64,000 bases of DNA from Desulfatiglandales bacterium. GTDB lineage: Bacteria > Desulfobacterota > DSM-4660 > Desulfatiglandales > HGW-15. The stretch's first letter is position 1. Every line of letters begins with the position of its first letter. The notes under the pieces are model-generated. The model made no database searches. It was not told the origin of the DNA and saw only the letters and a list, made by a program, of their open reading frames with translations. This document shows, in pieces, positions 19,803-29,455 of the stretch. The stretch spans positions 608,001-672,000 of the forward strand of contig CAXXJJ010000001.1 of the NCBI GenBank assembly GCA_963667015.2. Direction: 5' to 3'. The position numbers and the translations under genes are program-made.

Positions 19803-22800
19803 ATGTCAGACATAACAAATTTTCCGGGTCTCTGGCAGGAAGACCCTTTCGGAATCATTAAACCTGACGAATATGAATTGTTCGGAATCGATCCTTCCGA
19901 TATCCCCCCCGGTACAGTGGCCGCCCACAGGCATCCTCCTCTTTTATCGAGTCGTTATGGAGGTAATGCCTATGGATTTGGTTTTTTTGAGATATACGGC
20001 CGTTTAAGCAAGGCGGATCAGAGTTTTATCAATTCCATAGATTTCAAACACGTTGATGAAATAAAGGCTAACTACCGGGGAATAAATAATATCTACAAAA
20101 AAATCAGCCTTTTGATCAGGTTTTCAAGCCTTGGAAAACCCTATTACCTTATCCCCAGCCATATGCTGGCCACATCCCTGATCAATATCAAAAGCAAGGC
20201 TGATGAAATAACCAAGATAATTAAAGGGCATCGTAAAAAATATCTTCTGGAGAGTCACAGGATAGGTATCTTTACACACATGAATGATCCCATTGTTGAT
20301 GATCTTGCCCTCAGATTCAAGGAGCATGAGTTCATTACCATTGACTCCCAGGAAAAACTGAGGGATCTCAGGAAGACCCTTGATATTGTAATAATTACCA
20401 GAGATCTTTACAAGGCCGTCAAGCTGGAGATGACATCCCGTTCAATAAATTTACAGAGCAAAGCCAGGCAGGAAAATTACATCCTCTATACCCTTGATAA
20501 GATTTACCGAATGCTTAAACCGGGCGGGGAGTTATTTGTCGTTGCCAACCGATATACACAAAAGACAAACCAGGATACACCTCTGACATTTAAATCAATG
20601 GATGAACAGAAGAATTTTTTGGTCTTCTCGCATATATATAAAACAGAAAAAAAATATGACAGCAGCGAATCTACCATTAAAGTAAATATTTTTGATTTTG
20701 AAAAGTACCTTGAACAGGCATATTTAGGACAGGAGCACCGGGAAAAACTGTTAAAGGGTAAAAAGACCGCAGATCTCTCTCTTGAAGAAATAAATAATCT
20801 CCCTTATATGAATATCCCGCTTGCCAATGACTATTCAGCAGGCCAGGAAAAATCCTGGATGAGGCTTATATCGGTCTACTTTAATGAAATATTCTTTAAA
20901 TCCGTTTTGCCGGATATAGTGAAGGCAGAATGGGACCGGAAATTTGAACTAAAAGAGTACACCCCGGATTATCTGCTTATCTGTCTGGCCCAGAAAAGAG
21001 AGATGGGCAAAAAAATAATTGAGTTAAAAAATGATGTCTCGGTGTCCGAGCTTGCAGGATGCCCCTTGCCTCTTATAGCCGAATACAGAGACTCCTTTGC
21101 CTACCTCATAAGAACCCTCAAGGTCCTGAAGGAGATTAAACATAAAACATATCCGGCCCTTGCCGAGAGTTTTCTGGAACGGATAAGAGAGCCCTTTGAA
21201 AGTAAAAAGATGCGATACGGGGGCGTTAATCAGGTTATAAAACTGATCGGTAAGATCAGCAGGCTTGAAAAGATCAGGACACAGCTTAATCCTGACGAGA
21301 TAGAGGGGCCAAGAACCAAGGTATTAAAAAACCTGGAAGCCCTTAGTTTTTATGGTTTCAGTTACGAAGAGCTGAAGGAAATCTGCCTGATAATAGTCGG
21401 TCATACAACCGGCGGGAGAATTCTCGCCGGCAAGATGAGTGAAAAGACACTTAAGCCCATGACCGACCTTGCCCGGACATACAGCCAGGAAGAGGCGATT
21501 AACCTTTTGCGGTACTGCCGCCTGATGACTATGGCCGAGATTGTAGCATCCAGAAGGGCGGATATGGACCCGGTACAGGTAACAGAGCTTTTTGATCTTT
21601 TTGAATCTGCCCTCAGGATTACCACAAACAGGGAAATCGACTGGGAGCGGCTTCTTGACGAAAAGATATCAGCAATGGGGGGTATTCATAACCGGCTGAT
21701 AAAAAAATTCCTTATGATGATGAAGCACTTCCAGTTTATTGATAGCTGGCAGGAACTCAGCCTTAAAGGAGAAATGGAAAAGGAGTCCCTGGCCGATTAT
21801 GATGATGATAAACTCGCAAGGATTGAAAATATAATTGCCCTTGTTAAAAATGTTGAACATTTTGAAGAAAAATTCCTGAGTGACAACCCCCTGCAACGTC
21901 CAGTTATCTTCAGGAAATTCCTGAATATGGAGTTCCATGGCACCGGGCACCTTTTTGAAAGGCTCGGAAGTCAGCCGGCCTTTATTCTTTTGTGGTTTAC
22001 GGTTAATGTTACAAGGGGGAGTATCATTAATTTTAATCCCATACTCGGTGACCTGATCTATGCTGATATTGCCGCCAGGGTTAAAAGGGTTGAAGAAGAG
22101 GCGAGTATTATAAATACAGAGTATCTTTCTCCGGATGTATTAAATCAGTTCACAGAACAGCTTTATGAAAATAAGATGCTGTTTGTTTTAAACACGGGTT
22201 TTAAATTTTATCTCAGCCAGAACGACCAGAGCCTGGATATAGCCTATATCGATATTGACAGTACGATCGAAAGCCTTGATATTCTGAATAAAAAATATAA
22301 AAATATCAGTGTTTCCGATATCCCTCTTGAAAAGCTTGAGGAAATGGAAAAACAGCTTTCCGAACTTGAAGATTTTTATCAAAGTCATCAAAGGCTCGTG
22401 TATAAGGATATTATAGAATTAAAAATACCCAGGCGCCAGGCAGGATGGATAAAAAGGATTGACGGGCTCAGGCAGTTTATCCGGGCAAATTTCAAAAAAG
22501 TTTTTTTTAAGCCGGACAGCCTGTTTAATGATCTGGACAGGCTCTTTAATTATTCACCTACTATTCTTGATCTGGTTCTCCCCGAACTGAGCGATCTGCG
22601 TGACCTGGGCAGGGAAGGCAACCTCTACAGAAAATCAGCGGTAATTGATCATCTTTTGATCTGCACAAAAAAATTTCAGGCGCTTATAAACGGTAATCTC
22701 AAGGGATTCCAGGATCTTGACGCCCTTCACAAACTTGCCAGGAGGGAGTTCGGCCCCAGTGCCGCCGGTATAGTCGGACTGAATGAATCACAGGTTGAAG

Positions 22801-24503
22801 AGCTTGCCCGAATATCCGCCGATCTTAGAAAAAGGAGCAATATCTTTGATGCACTTATAAAAACCTTTATTCTTCAGGACATAGGCATGAGCCCTGCCCT
22901 GAGAGAGAAATATAAAGACGTCATCAATATTGCAGATCAGGCGCAGGCCGGTGCCCTCTTTTTGAATAGGGAAAATATCCCTGAAAAATATGCTATGAAC
23001 AGTGAGGCCGAGAGAATTCTTCTGTTTCTCATTACTCACCATGACCGCCTGCATCATATAATAAGGGGCGAATATACCCTTCTTACGCTTCAGGAAATAA
23101 TTGACACCGGGGATCCTGACCTTTTTAATGCCTTTTTTCTCTGCTCGGTGATAATGATCTCTGCACTTGGCGAGGACCAGATTCTTGAGGATCTTGCCAG
23201 CAGGCTGTTTATTCTGAAGGAGTTATGCCTCCGTATAATAAATGGTGAGGGCACTTTTGATGAATACTTTAAGGGCCTTTACAGGGAAAAAGGAAGACTG
23301 TTCTTCGCTGTTGAAGAATTCCACAAAAAAGGACTCCCTGAAAATGAAACCCCTGCAACTTATATCTCTTCCTGGGGGAAGCAGTTCAAAGATTCCGAGA
23401 GATTCTGCGAGGCTGGAAAGCTTATTTTTTCCCTGGAACGTTTTTTCAAGCTGAGAGGCCTGAGATATGTTGATTTTCAGGACCTGTCACGAATGATCAC
23501 ACATGTTCCCCTGCAATATATTTATCAGGAGAGGAAATACTACAGTGTAGGATATGCCACATTTGAAAAGGACCTTTATGAGGCATTGAGAACCTATAAC
23601 TATATCAGGAAACTGCCCGAGGCGGTGAGACACTTTATCCTGAATTACCTGGGAGATGACAATGTCAGGCTTTACGGCTTTGAGAATGTAAGCATCTATC
23701 TTAGTTATGATAACCTTATGAAGCTGCTTCTTTTATCTTTCCTTGGTGCAAAGCGTTTTAAGAGTAATGACAAGCGGCCTGTCTGTCTGAGCTACCTGAG
23801 CATTATCAGGGATATAGGAAAGAGATATGAGACAGTAAATGATGCCCTGAGCCGAATATCCCTTGAAGATATCTGGTATGACAGGAAAAAGCTGGACCAT
23901 TTATTCAAGGCAAAAACTGGGATCATCCTGGAAAAGGATGAAGAGAAAAAGGTCCTGTCAGTCCACTTTGTAGATGAGATCAATATGCCCAGAAGGATTT
24001 CCCGTATGGAAAACATAGATGATGTGGACCAGTTGAAGAGTTACTTTCACTACAGCCTGCAGTTCCTGAGGAAAAACAGCTATTATACCGATGATTATGA
24101 GGATCTCCTTGAAAGCGCCTATGAAAAGCGCTTCAGTGAAATCATTGATATGATGCTTGAACAGATAAAAAAACGTATGATGCATGTACATGACTTCAGG
24201 GAGGTTCATGCCATTTATACTGACCTGGTGAACAGATCTCTTGAAATAGGATTCAGAGAGGACCACCTGCACCGGTTAAATGACCTTTATGAATTGCGTA
24301 ATGACAGTCTGAGAAGGAGCAAGCTTGAAGAGATAAACAGTCTGATAGAAAAGATCACTGATCCCCTTGAGCTGAGAGAATACTGGAACAGTACCAAATG
24401 GTACCTCTATAACAACCGTCAGTTTCTCGGGAAGGAATTTGAAACCCTGATTGCCAAAAACTTTGATATGGCTGCCTCGAAATTTACCAGGCGCCCCAGC
24501 TGA
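19803..24503 (+). CDS. very large hypothetical protein with a methyltransferase-like segment and degenerate HD-like segments
   Basis: 4.7 kb open frame; RMLKPGGELFVV; LQDIG...DQAQAGA...LITHHD. Confidence 0.8.
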   Translation: MSDITNFPGLWQEDPFGIIKPDEYELFGIDPSDIPPGTVAAHRHPPLLSSRYGGNAYGFGFFEIYGRLSKADQSFINSIDFKHVDEIKANYRGINNIYKKISLLIRFSSLGKPYYLIPSHMLATSLINIKSKADEITKIIKGHRKKYLLESHRIGIFTHMNDPIVDDLALRFKEHEFITIDSQEKLRDLRKTLDIVIITRDLYKAVKLEMTSRSINLQSKARQENYILYTLDKIYRMLKPGGELFVVANRYTQKTNQDTPLTFKSMDEQKNFLVFSHIYKTEKKYDSSESTIKVNIFDFEKYLEQAYLGQEHREKLLKGKKTADLSLEEINNLPYMNIPLANDYSAGQEKSWMRLISVYFNEIFFKSVLPDIVKAEWDRKFELKEYTPDYLLICLAQKREMGKKIIELKNDVSVSELAGCPLPLIAEYRDSFAYLIRTLKVLKEIKHKTYPALAESFLERIREPFESKKMRYGGVNQVIKLIGKISRLEKIRTQLNPDEIEGPRTKVLKNLEALSFYGFSYEELKEICLIIVGHTTGGRILAGKMSEKTLKPMTDLARTYSQEEAINLLRYCRLMTMAEIVASRRADMDPVQVTELFDLFESALRITTNREIDWERLLDEKISAMGGIHNRLIKKFLMMMKHFQFIDSWQELSLKGEMEKESLADYDDDKLARIENIIALVKNVEHFEEKFLSDNPLQRPVIFRKFLNMEFHGTGHLFERLGSQPAFILLWFTVNVTRGSIINFNPILGDLIYADIAARVKRVEEEASIINTEYLSPDVLNQFTEQLYENKMLFVLNTGFKFYLSQNDQSLDIAYIDIDSTIESLDILNKKYKNISVSDIPLEKLEEMEKQLSELEDFYQSHQRLVYKDIIELKIPRRQAGWIKRIDGLRQFIRANFKKVFFKPDSLFNDLDRLFNYSPTILDLVLPELSDLRDLGREGNLYRKSAVIDHLLICTKKFQALINGNLKGFQDLDALHKLARREFGPSAAGIVGLNESQVEELARISADLRKRSNIFDALIKTFILQDIGMSPALREKYKDVINIADQAQAGALFLNRENIPEKYAMNSEAERILLFLITHHDRLHHIIRGEYTLLTLQEIIDTGDPDLFNAFFLCSVIMISALGEDQILEDLASRLFILKELCLRIINGEGTFDEYFKGLYREKGRLFFAVEEFHKKGLPENETPATYISSWGKQFKDSERFCEAGKLIFSLERFFKLRGLRYVDFQDLSRMITHVPLQYIYQERKYYSVGYATFEKDLYEALRTYNYIRKLPEAVRHFILNYLGDDNVRLYGFENVSIYLSYDNLMKLLLLSFLGAKRFKSNDKRPVCLSYLSIIRDIGKRYETVNDALSRISLEDIWYDRKKLDHLFKAKTGIILEKDEEKKVLSVHFVDEINMPRRISRMENIDDVDQLKSYFHYSLQFLRKNSYYTDDYEDLLESAYEKRFSEIIDMMLEQIKKRMMHVHDFREVHAIYTDLVNRSLEIGFREDHLHRLNDLYELRNDSLRRSKLEEINSLIEKITDPLELREYWNSTKWYLYNNRQFLGKEFETLIAKNFDMAASKFTRRPS

Positions 24504-24517
24504 CAGCATACACTCTT

Positions 24518-25057
24518 CTAAAATCCCGAAACAAAAATATTTTCCCGGTAATATTTAAGTTCACCGATTGACTCCCTGATATCGCTTAAGGCCAGGTGAT
24601 CCTTTTTCTTCTGGTAAACAGGAAAATCCGGATACCATCTCGTTACCAGTTCCTTAATGGTACTCACGTCAATAAGCCTGTAATGAAAATAGTCTTCAAG
24701 AAGTGGCATATGTTTAACCAGAAAACGCCTGTCCTGCCAGATGGTATTTCCGCATAGAGGCGATTCCCCCTTTTCACAGTGGGTAGATACAAATTTAAGG
24801 GTCTCCTGTTCTGCGGATGAACAGTCCCAGCCGGAAGACCTTACTCGATCCAGAAGGCCGGATGCCTCATGATGGGTGCGGCTCCATTCCTCCATATTAT
24901 CAAGAACACCTTCAGGGTAATTTATTGCCAAATGGGGGCCTTCAGCAATTACATTAAGGTCTGCATCGGTCACGATTGATGCTATTTCCAGTATTACCAT
25001 TGTCTCGGGATCAAGGCCCGTCATTTCAAGGTCTATCCAGATCAGGTTGCTGCCCAT
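24518..25057 (-). CDS. orn: oligoribonuclease
   Basis: [42 protein letters not shown]. Confidence 0.95.
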   Translation of the reverse strand: MGSNLIWIDLEMTGLDPETMVILEIASIVTDADLNVIAEGPHLAINYPEGVLDNMEEWSRTHHEASGLLDRVRSSGWDCSSAEQETLKFVSTHCEKGESPLCGNTIWQDRRFLVKHMPLLEDYFHYRLIDVSTIKELVTRWYPDFPVYQKKKDHLALSDIRESIGELKYYRENIFVSGF

Positions 25058-25471
25058 CAGGTGGCCTCCTTTTTGCATGTAATTTTACGGGCAGACAGGT
25101 ATCCAGGGGGCTGCAGGGGGGTAGTCTTCCTCCCTGTGCCATTATTGTCGCCTCTATAAATATCTCACTGATTTGTAAAAGTACAATTCAACGATAGAAA
25201 ACTTATAGGTTAAATCCCTGACACTGTCAAAAAAAACCTGTAATATACGAAAGTGAGATTATTTACATTTGGTTAAACGGATAGCGGTTCGGTTATTTTT
25301 ATACAGGTCCGGATCCGGGAGTATGAAATATATTTCACAGGGCTTTTGAGTTCCGTTGGCCCTGCATGCTGTGCTGTCGAATATTTTTAGTTGATTTTTC
25401 CTCTCCTATCTGTTTAGTTATCGGCAATTTGATAACAGGAATTTTAATTAATAATCATTCTAAGAACTCCT

Positions 25472-26791
25472 ATGATATTTAATTTGGGAACACACAAAAA
25501 ATCAGGCTTTTTTCTCTCATTAATAATTATCCTATTTATATTAAGCCCATCCTTTGCTGACAAGGTAAAGCAGTCGATTGATGCAAAAAAGCTTGTTCCG
25601 GCGTGTCTTCTGGACTGGAAAAGCGGGCCCGAATATGCTGTGCTTGTTGATAAATCCAGGCAGAAGGTGTTTGTCTACAAAAGGGATAATCTATATGATC
25701 CATATAAGGTGTATGACTGCTCTACAGGAGAAAATGACGGGCGTAAACAGAAAAGAAATGACAGAAAAACACCTGAAGGAATATATTATTTTATAAAATC
25801 CTATGAAGACAGATATCTTGCACCTGTATACGGGACAAAGGCACTGCCCCTTGATTATCCTAATGTTATTGACAAGCGGGATAGAAGGGGAGGGTATGGC
25901 ATCTGGTTTCATGGAACAAACAAAGATTTGGTGCCAAAGGATACAAATGGCTGTGTCGCCCTGAGGAACAGGGATATAGAGGAACTGGCCGGAATTGTAA
26001 GTCTTTTTGATACTCCTGTCATAATAAGCTCAGAGATTGAACTGGTGCCCGAAGGCCGGAATGAGGAACAAAAGAGACTTATTGCTGATATAGTAGAGGA
26101 ATGGCGAAACTCATGGGAAGGCAAAGACATTGATAAATATATGTCTTTTTACAGTAAAAAATTTAAATCAGGCTGGAAAGACTGGGAAAAGTGGAAGTCC
26201 TATAAAAAACAGCTTGCAAAAAAATACAGCAGTATTGAAGTTGATGTGAGCGACCTGAATCTGTTTTCCCACGATGGAGTGATAATAGCATCATTTGAAC
26301 AGGATTACCGGACACCAGGTTTTGACAGCCTTGGAACCAAAAAATTATACCTTACCCAGAACAGCATAGAATGGAAAATCATTGCTGAAACCTTTGTCGG
26401 CTATGACAAGGCAAAGGTCATAGCAAAAAAATCTTCCGATTTCAATAAAGAGGAAATTAAAGATTTTCTTTTCACCTGGAGGGATGCCTGGGAAAAAAAG
26501 GATATCACCGGGTATATTTCATGTTATGATAAAGACTTTGAATCCCGGGGCATGAATCTGAATGCCTGGGAGCTTCACAGGCGAAGGCTGAATGATAAAT
26601 ATAATACAATAAATGTTGATATGAGCAACATTAAGATTGAATCCCTGTCATCAGGTAAAAAGGCGAGAGTAAGTTTTATTCAGAAATATAAGGCCGACAG
26701 GTACAGTGATAAAGGGACAAAGAAAATTCTTCTCGTGAGGAAAGGTAAAGATTGGAAGATAATGGAAGAGAATTGGACCCGGATCAGGTAA
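25472..26791 (+). CDS. YkuD L,D-transpeptidase/carboxypeptidase with two NTF2-like C-terminal domains (Csd6/Pgp2-like)
   Basis: KTPEGIY, LDYPN, GIWFHG...TNGCVAL; twin W..(S/A)WE.KDI..Y...Y repeats. Confidence 0.85.
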   Translation: MIFNLGTHKKSGFFLSLIIILFILSPSFADKVKQSIDAKKLVPACLLDWKSGPEYAVLVDKSRQKVFVYKRDNLYDPYKVYDCSTGENDGRKQKRNDRKTPEGIYYFIKSYEDRYLAPVYGTKALPLDYPNVIDKRDRRGGYGIWFHGTNKDLVPKDTNGCVALRNRDIEELAGIVSLFDTPVIISSEIELVPEGRNEEQKRLIADIVEEWRNSWEGKDIDKYMSFYSKKFKSGWKDWEKWKSYKKQLAKKYSSIEVDVSDLNLFSHDGVIIASFEQDYRTPGFDSLGTKKLYLTQNSIEWKIIAETFVGYDKAKVIAKKSSDFNKEEIKDFLFTWRDAWEKKDITGYISCYDKDFESRGMNLNAWELHRRRLNDKYNTINVDMSNIKIESLSSGKKARVSFIQKYKADRYSDKGTKKILLVRKGKDWKIMEENWTRIR

Positions 26792-27702
26792 GTCCTCCTC
26801 CGGTGAAAGATGGGCACCAAAGCAGCAACAAAGAATTAACAGTAATGCTGATCGGGAGCGTTGGTAAAATGCGTTCCTTTAAAATATCCCGAAAGTTTAT
26901 ATGGTTTTTATCGGTCTTCTTTTCTCTGTATATCATAATCTCTCTTCTTCTTTTCTATTTATACTTTAATTTGTATGTCGCCCATGCAGCCAGATCAGAT
27001 CGTCTTAAAAACCTTGAAATTGAACTTAGTGATAAAACAGAGATCCTGAAGAAAAACAAACTCTATATCAAAAGTCTTGAGGATTTTTATAATGCGGCAC
27101 ATAAGGGGATTGATGAAAGCGCAGATGCGGGCATAACAGGCAAAAAAACACCTGAACCCCGCATCCCGGAGGTTTCGGTTCCTGATGCGAAAAAGACTGA
27201 GAGAACTGTCCCAAAGAAAATAGAAGAAAAAACGGATGACGGAACAATCCGGAATGAAACCCCTGAAACTGAAACCTCAGGTGAAGCAGAGAATCAGGAT
27301 GCCATCCCAAAAGGTGCGGTTGATGATTCCATGGAAATAAAAGATATTCAATTCAAGAGAACCGATTCCGATTTGACTCTTGATTTTAAGCTGACAAACA
27401 TGCGGGCTGAGCAAAAGGCTGCTGAAGGGTTTATCCATATAATTGTCATGGATAAAGATAGGCAATGTCCTCCTGAATGGAACAGCGCCTACAATAAACT
27501 TTCAGATGGGGTTCCAGTAGATTTTAAGCATGGCCAGGAGTTTTTAATACAGAGATTCAGGCCATACCAGCGACAATATAAACCAGACCCTGATTCAGAA
27601 CTGCCTTCTTTTATAAGGATTATAGTTTATGATCGATCAGGTCAGCAAATCCTTGAAAAGGAGTTCTCTGTAACAGATGAATCCGCAAATGACCAAAGCT
27701 AG
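26752..27702 (+). CDS. bitopic membrane protein: TM, coiled coil, Pro/Glu-rich linker, C-terminal beta domain
   Basis: one hydrophobic segment and a low-complexity linker; overlaps both neighbouring genes. Confidence 0.7.
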   Translation: MEDNGRELDPDQVSPPPVKDGHQSSNKELTVMLIGSVGKMRSFKISRKFIWFLSVFFSLYIIISLLLFYLYFNLYVAHAARSDRLKNLEIELSDKTEILKKNKLYIKSLEDFYNAAHKGIDESADAGITGKKTPEPRIPEVSVPDAKKTERTVPKKIEEKTDDGTIRNETPETETSGEAENQDAIPKGAVDDSMEIKDIQFKRTDSDLTLDFKLTNMRAEQKAAEGFIHIIVMDKDRQCPPEWNSAYNKLSDGVPVDFKHGQEFLIQRFRPYQRQYKPDPDSELPSFIRIIVYDRSGQQILEKEFSVTDESANDQS

Positions 27703-29449
27703 AGGATATTGCTATCCATCCTTTATTTTATTTATAGCACTCATTGCTATATTCCCATCCCGTGTCTTTGCCCAGAGGGAACATACTGTTTATTTCCAGA
27801 ATACTGCCTATGAACTTAATATCTACAAGATATATGGCGAGGAACCCGGAAAAACACTCATGCTTATAGGCGGTATTCAGGGGAATGAGCCGGGCGGCTT
27901 TTTATCTGCCGACTCCTATGCTGATATGAAGCTTAAAAAAGGCAACCTGATAGTTGTTCCAAGGGCAAATTTTTATTCTATCATCATGAACGACAGGGGC
28001 CCCAACGGGGACATGAACCGAAAGTTTACCCATGAAGACAGCTCCAGGAGTATGGAAGACAAGATAGTCACCATACTGAAAAAGCTAATAAGTGAAAGCG
28101 ATTACCTGTTAAACCTGCACGATGGAGCAGGATATTTCAATCCTACCTATATAAGCAAGTGGCGTAATCCATCAAGGTTCGGGCAGTCCATCATTGCCGA
28201 CTGCGAAACCTTTAACATTCCTGGAACAGACAAGGTTCTTCCTCTGGGTGAGATCGTGCAGAGAGTCATTGCCAAGGTTAACCCGCATATAGTCAATGAC
28301 CTGTACAAGTTTCATTTTATGGATACACAGACAAGCGCAACAAACAGTGCTCATAAGGAACAGCGAAAATCCGCAACATACTATGCCCTTAATGTGCATC
28401 ATATTCCTGCCTTTGGGGTTGAAACCTCAAAATTTCTCCCTACAATTGACCTGAAGGTATCACTTCACAATCTTGTTATTAATGCCTTTATGGAAGAATT
28501 TGGTATTGTTCCTCACTCTCCGGGCGTTACACTTGATACTCCTTCTTTAAAGTACCTGGTCGTCTCAGTAAACAACGAGATTCCGATTGTAGTGAAAAAA
28601 GGTGAAAGACTAAATGTTTCAAAGGGCGACTCAATAAATATATCCCATATCGAATCCAATTATGAAAGAGGACTGAGTCTTGATGTCCTAGGATTCGGGG
28701 ACATCAACGATTATCGTAAAGATATAACAATAGAAAAAGATACGGTAATGATTGTCAGAAAGGATAATGAAAAATTCGGTGAGATCCCTATAAAGGTGGG
28801 TGAAAGATCACTGTCCCAGTCACATCGATCCTCAAAAATAACAGTCCCCGAAAAGGTGGAATACTTTTCCTTTTACCTGAATGGAAGAGAGATTCTTCTG
28901 CTCGAGGGAAGCACATATGATGTGGTCAAAGGGGATATTATAAAAATCGTTGATATCTTTCCCCCTGCGCTCAGAGGCAGTACGGTTAATTTTAAGGGTT
29001 TTGTGGGCGATAAAGTAAATAATACCGGTGAAGACAGGGGATATGATATCGATACCGGCAGGGATCTTCTTGAGAGATATTCAACCGGTGAAGAAGGCAA
29101 TATCTACCAGGTAGTGGTAACAATGGATGAAAAGGAGATAGGCAATCTGAATATCAGGCTGATGGAGCCTGAGATGGAGTACCTGATTTTTAAGATTGAC
29201 AAGGACAGGCATGTCCTGCTGAGACCGGATGAGTCAGTCTCCCTGTCACCCGGTGACAGGGTCCTGCTTGAGGCAGTTGATACAAATCTTTTTAATAATG
29301 ACGGTGTTTACCTGGAGATCAACGGGCATAGGATCAGACCTGGAGAGGCGGGTGTTGCCGGGGAATTATGCAAGGCCGGGCGCAACGAGGTCAATGTGAA
29401 ACGAGGCGGGCTTCACATCTCCAGAATAATAGTTAACCTGGGGGCATAA
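27677..29449 (+). CDS. M14/M99-type peptidoglycan carboxypeptidase (Csd4/Pgp1-like)
   Basis: GGIQGNEPGG, DMNRKF, LNLHDG, FGVETSK; signal peptide. Confidence 0.8.
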   Translation: MNPQMTKARGYCYPSFILFIALIAIFPSRVFAQREHTVYFQNTAYELNIYKIYGEEPGKTLMLIGGIQGNEPGGFLSADSYADMKLKKGNLIVVPRANFYSIIMNDRGPNGDMNRKFTHEDSSRSMEDKIVTILKKLISESDYLLNLHDGAGYFNPTYISKWRNPSRFGQSIIADCETFNIPGTDKVLPLGEIVQRVIAKVNPHIVNDLYKFHFMDTQTSATNSAHKEQRKSATYYALNVHHIPAFGVETSKFLPTIDLKVSLHNLVINAFMEEFGIVPHSPGVTLDTPSLKYLVVSVNNEIPIVVKKGERLNVSKGDSINISHIESNYERGLSLDVLGFGDINDYRKDITIEKDTVMIVRKDNEKFGEIPIKVGERSLSQSHRSSKITVPEKVEYFSFYLNGREILLLEGSTYDVVKGDIIKIVDIFPPALRGSTVNFKGFVGDKVNNTGEDRGYDIDTGRDLLERYSTGEEGNIYQVVVTMDEKEIGNLNIRLMEPEMEYLIFKIDKDRHVLLRPDESVSLSPGDRVLLEAVDTNLFNNDGVYLEINGHRIRPGEAGVAGELCKAGRNEVNVKRGGLHISRIIVNLGA

Positions 29450-29455
29450 TTAGTC

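Noticed and set aside
25081..25145. riboswitch or ncRNA in the G-rich stretch upstream of orn
   Set aside because: No recognisable family motif or convincing extended pairing was found by eye.
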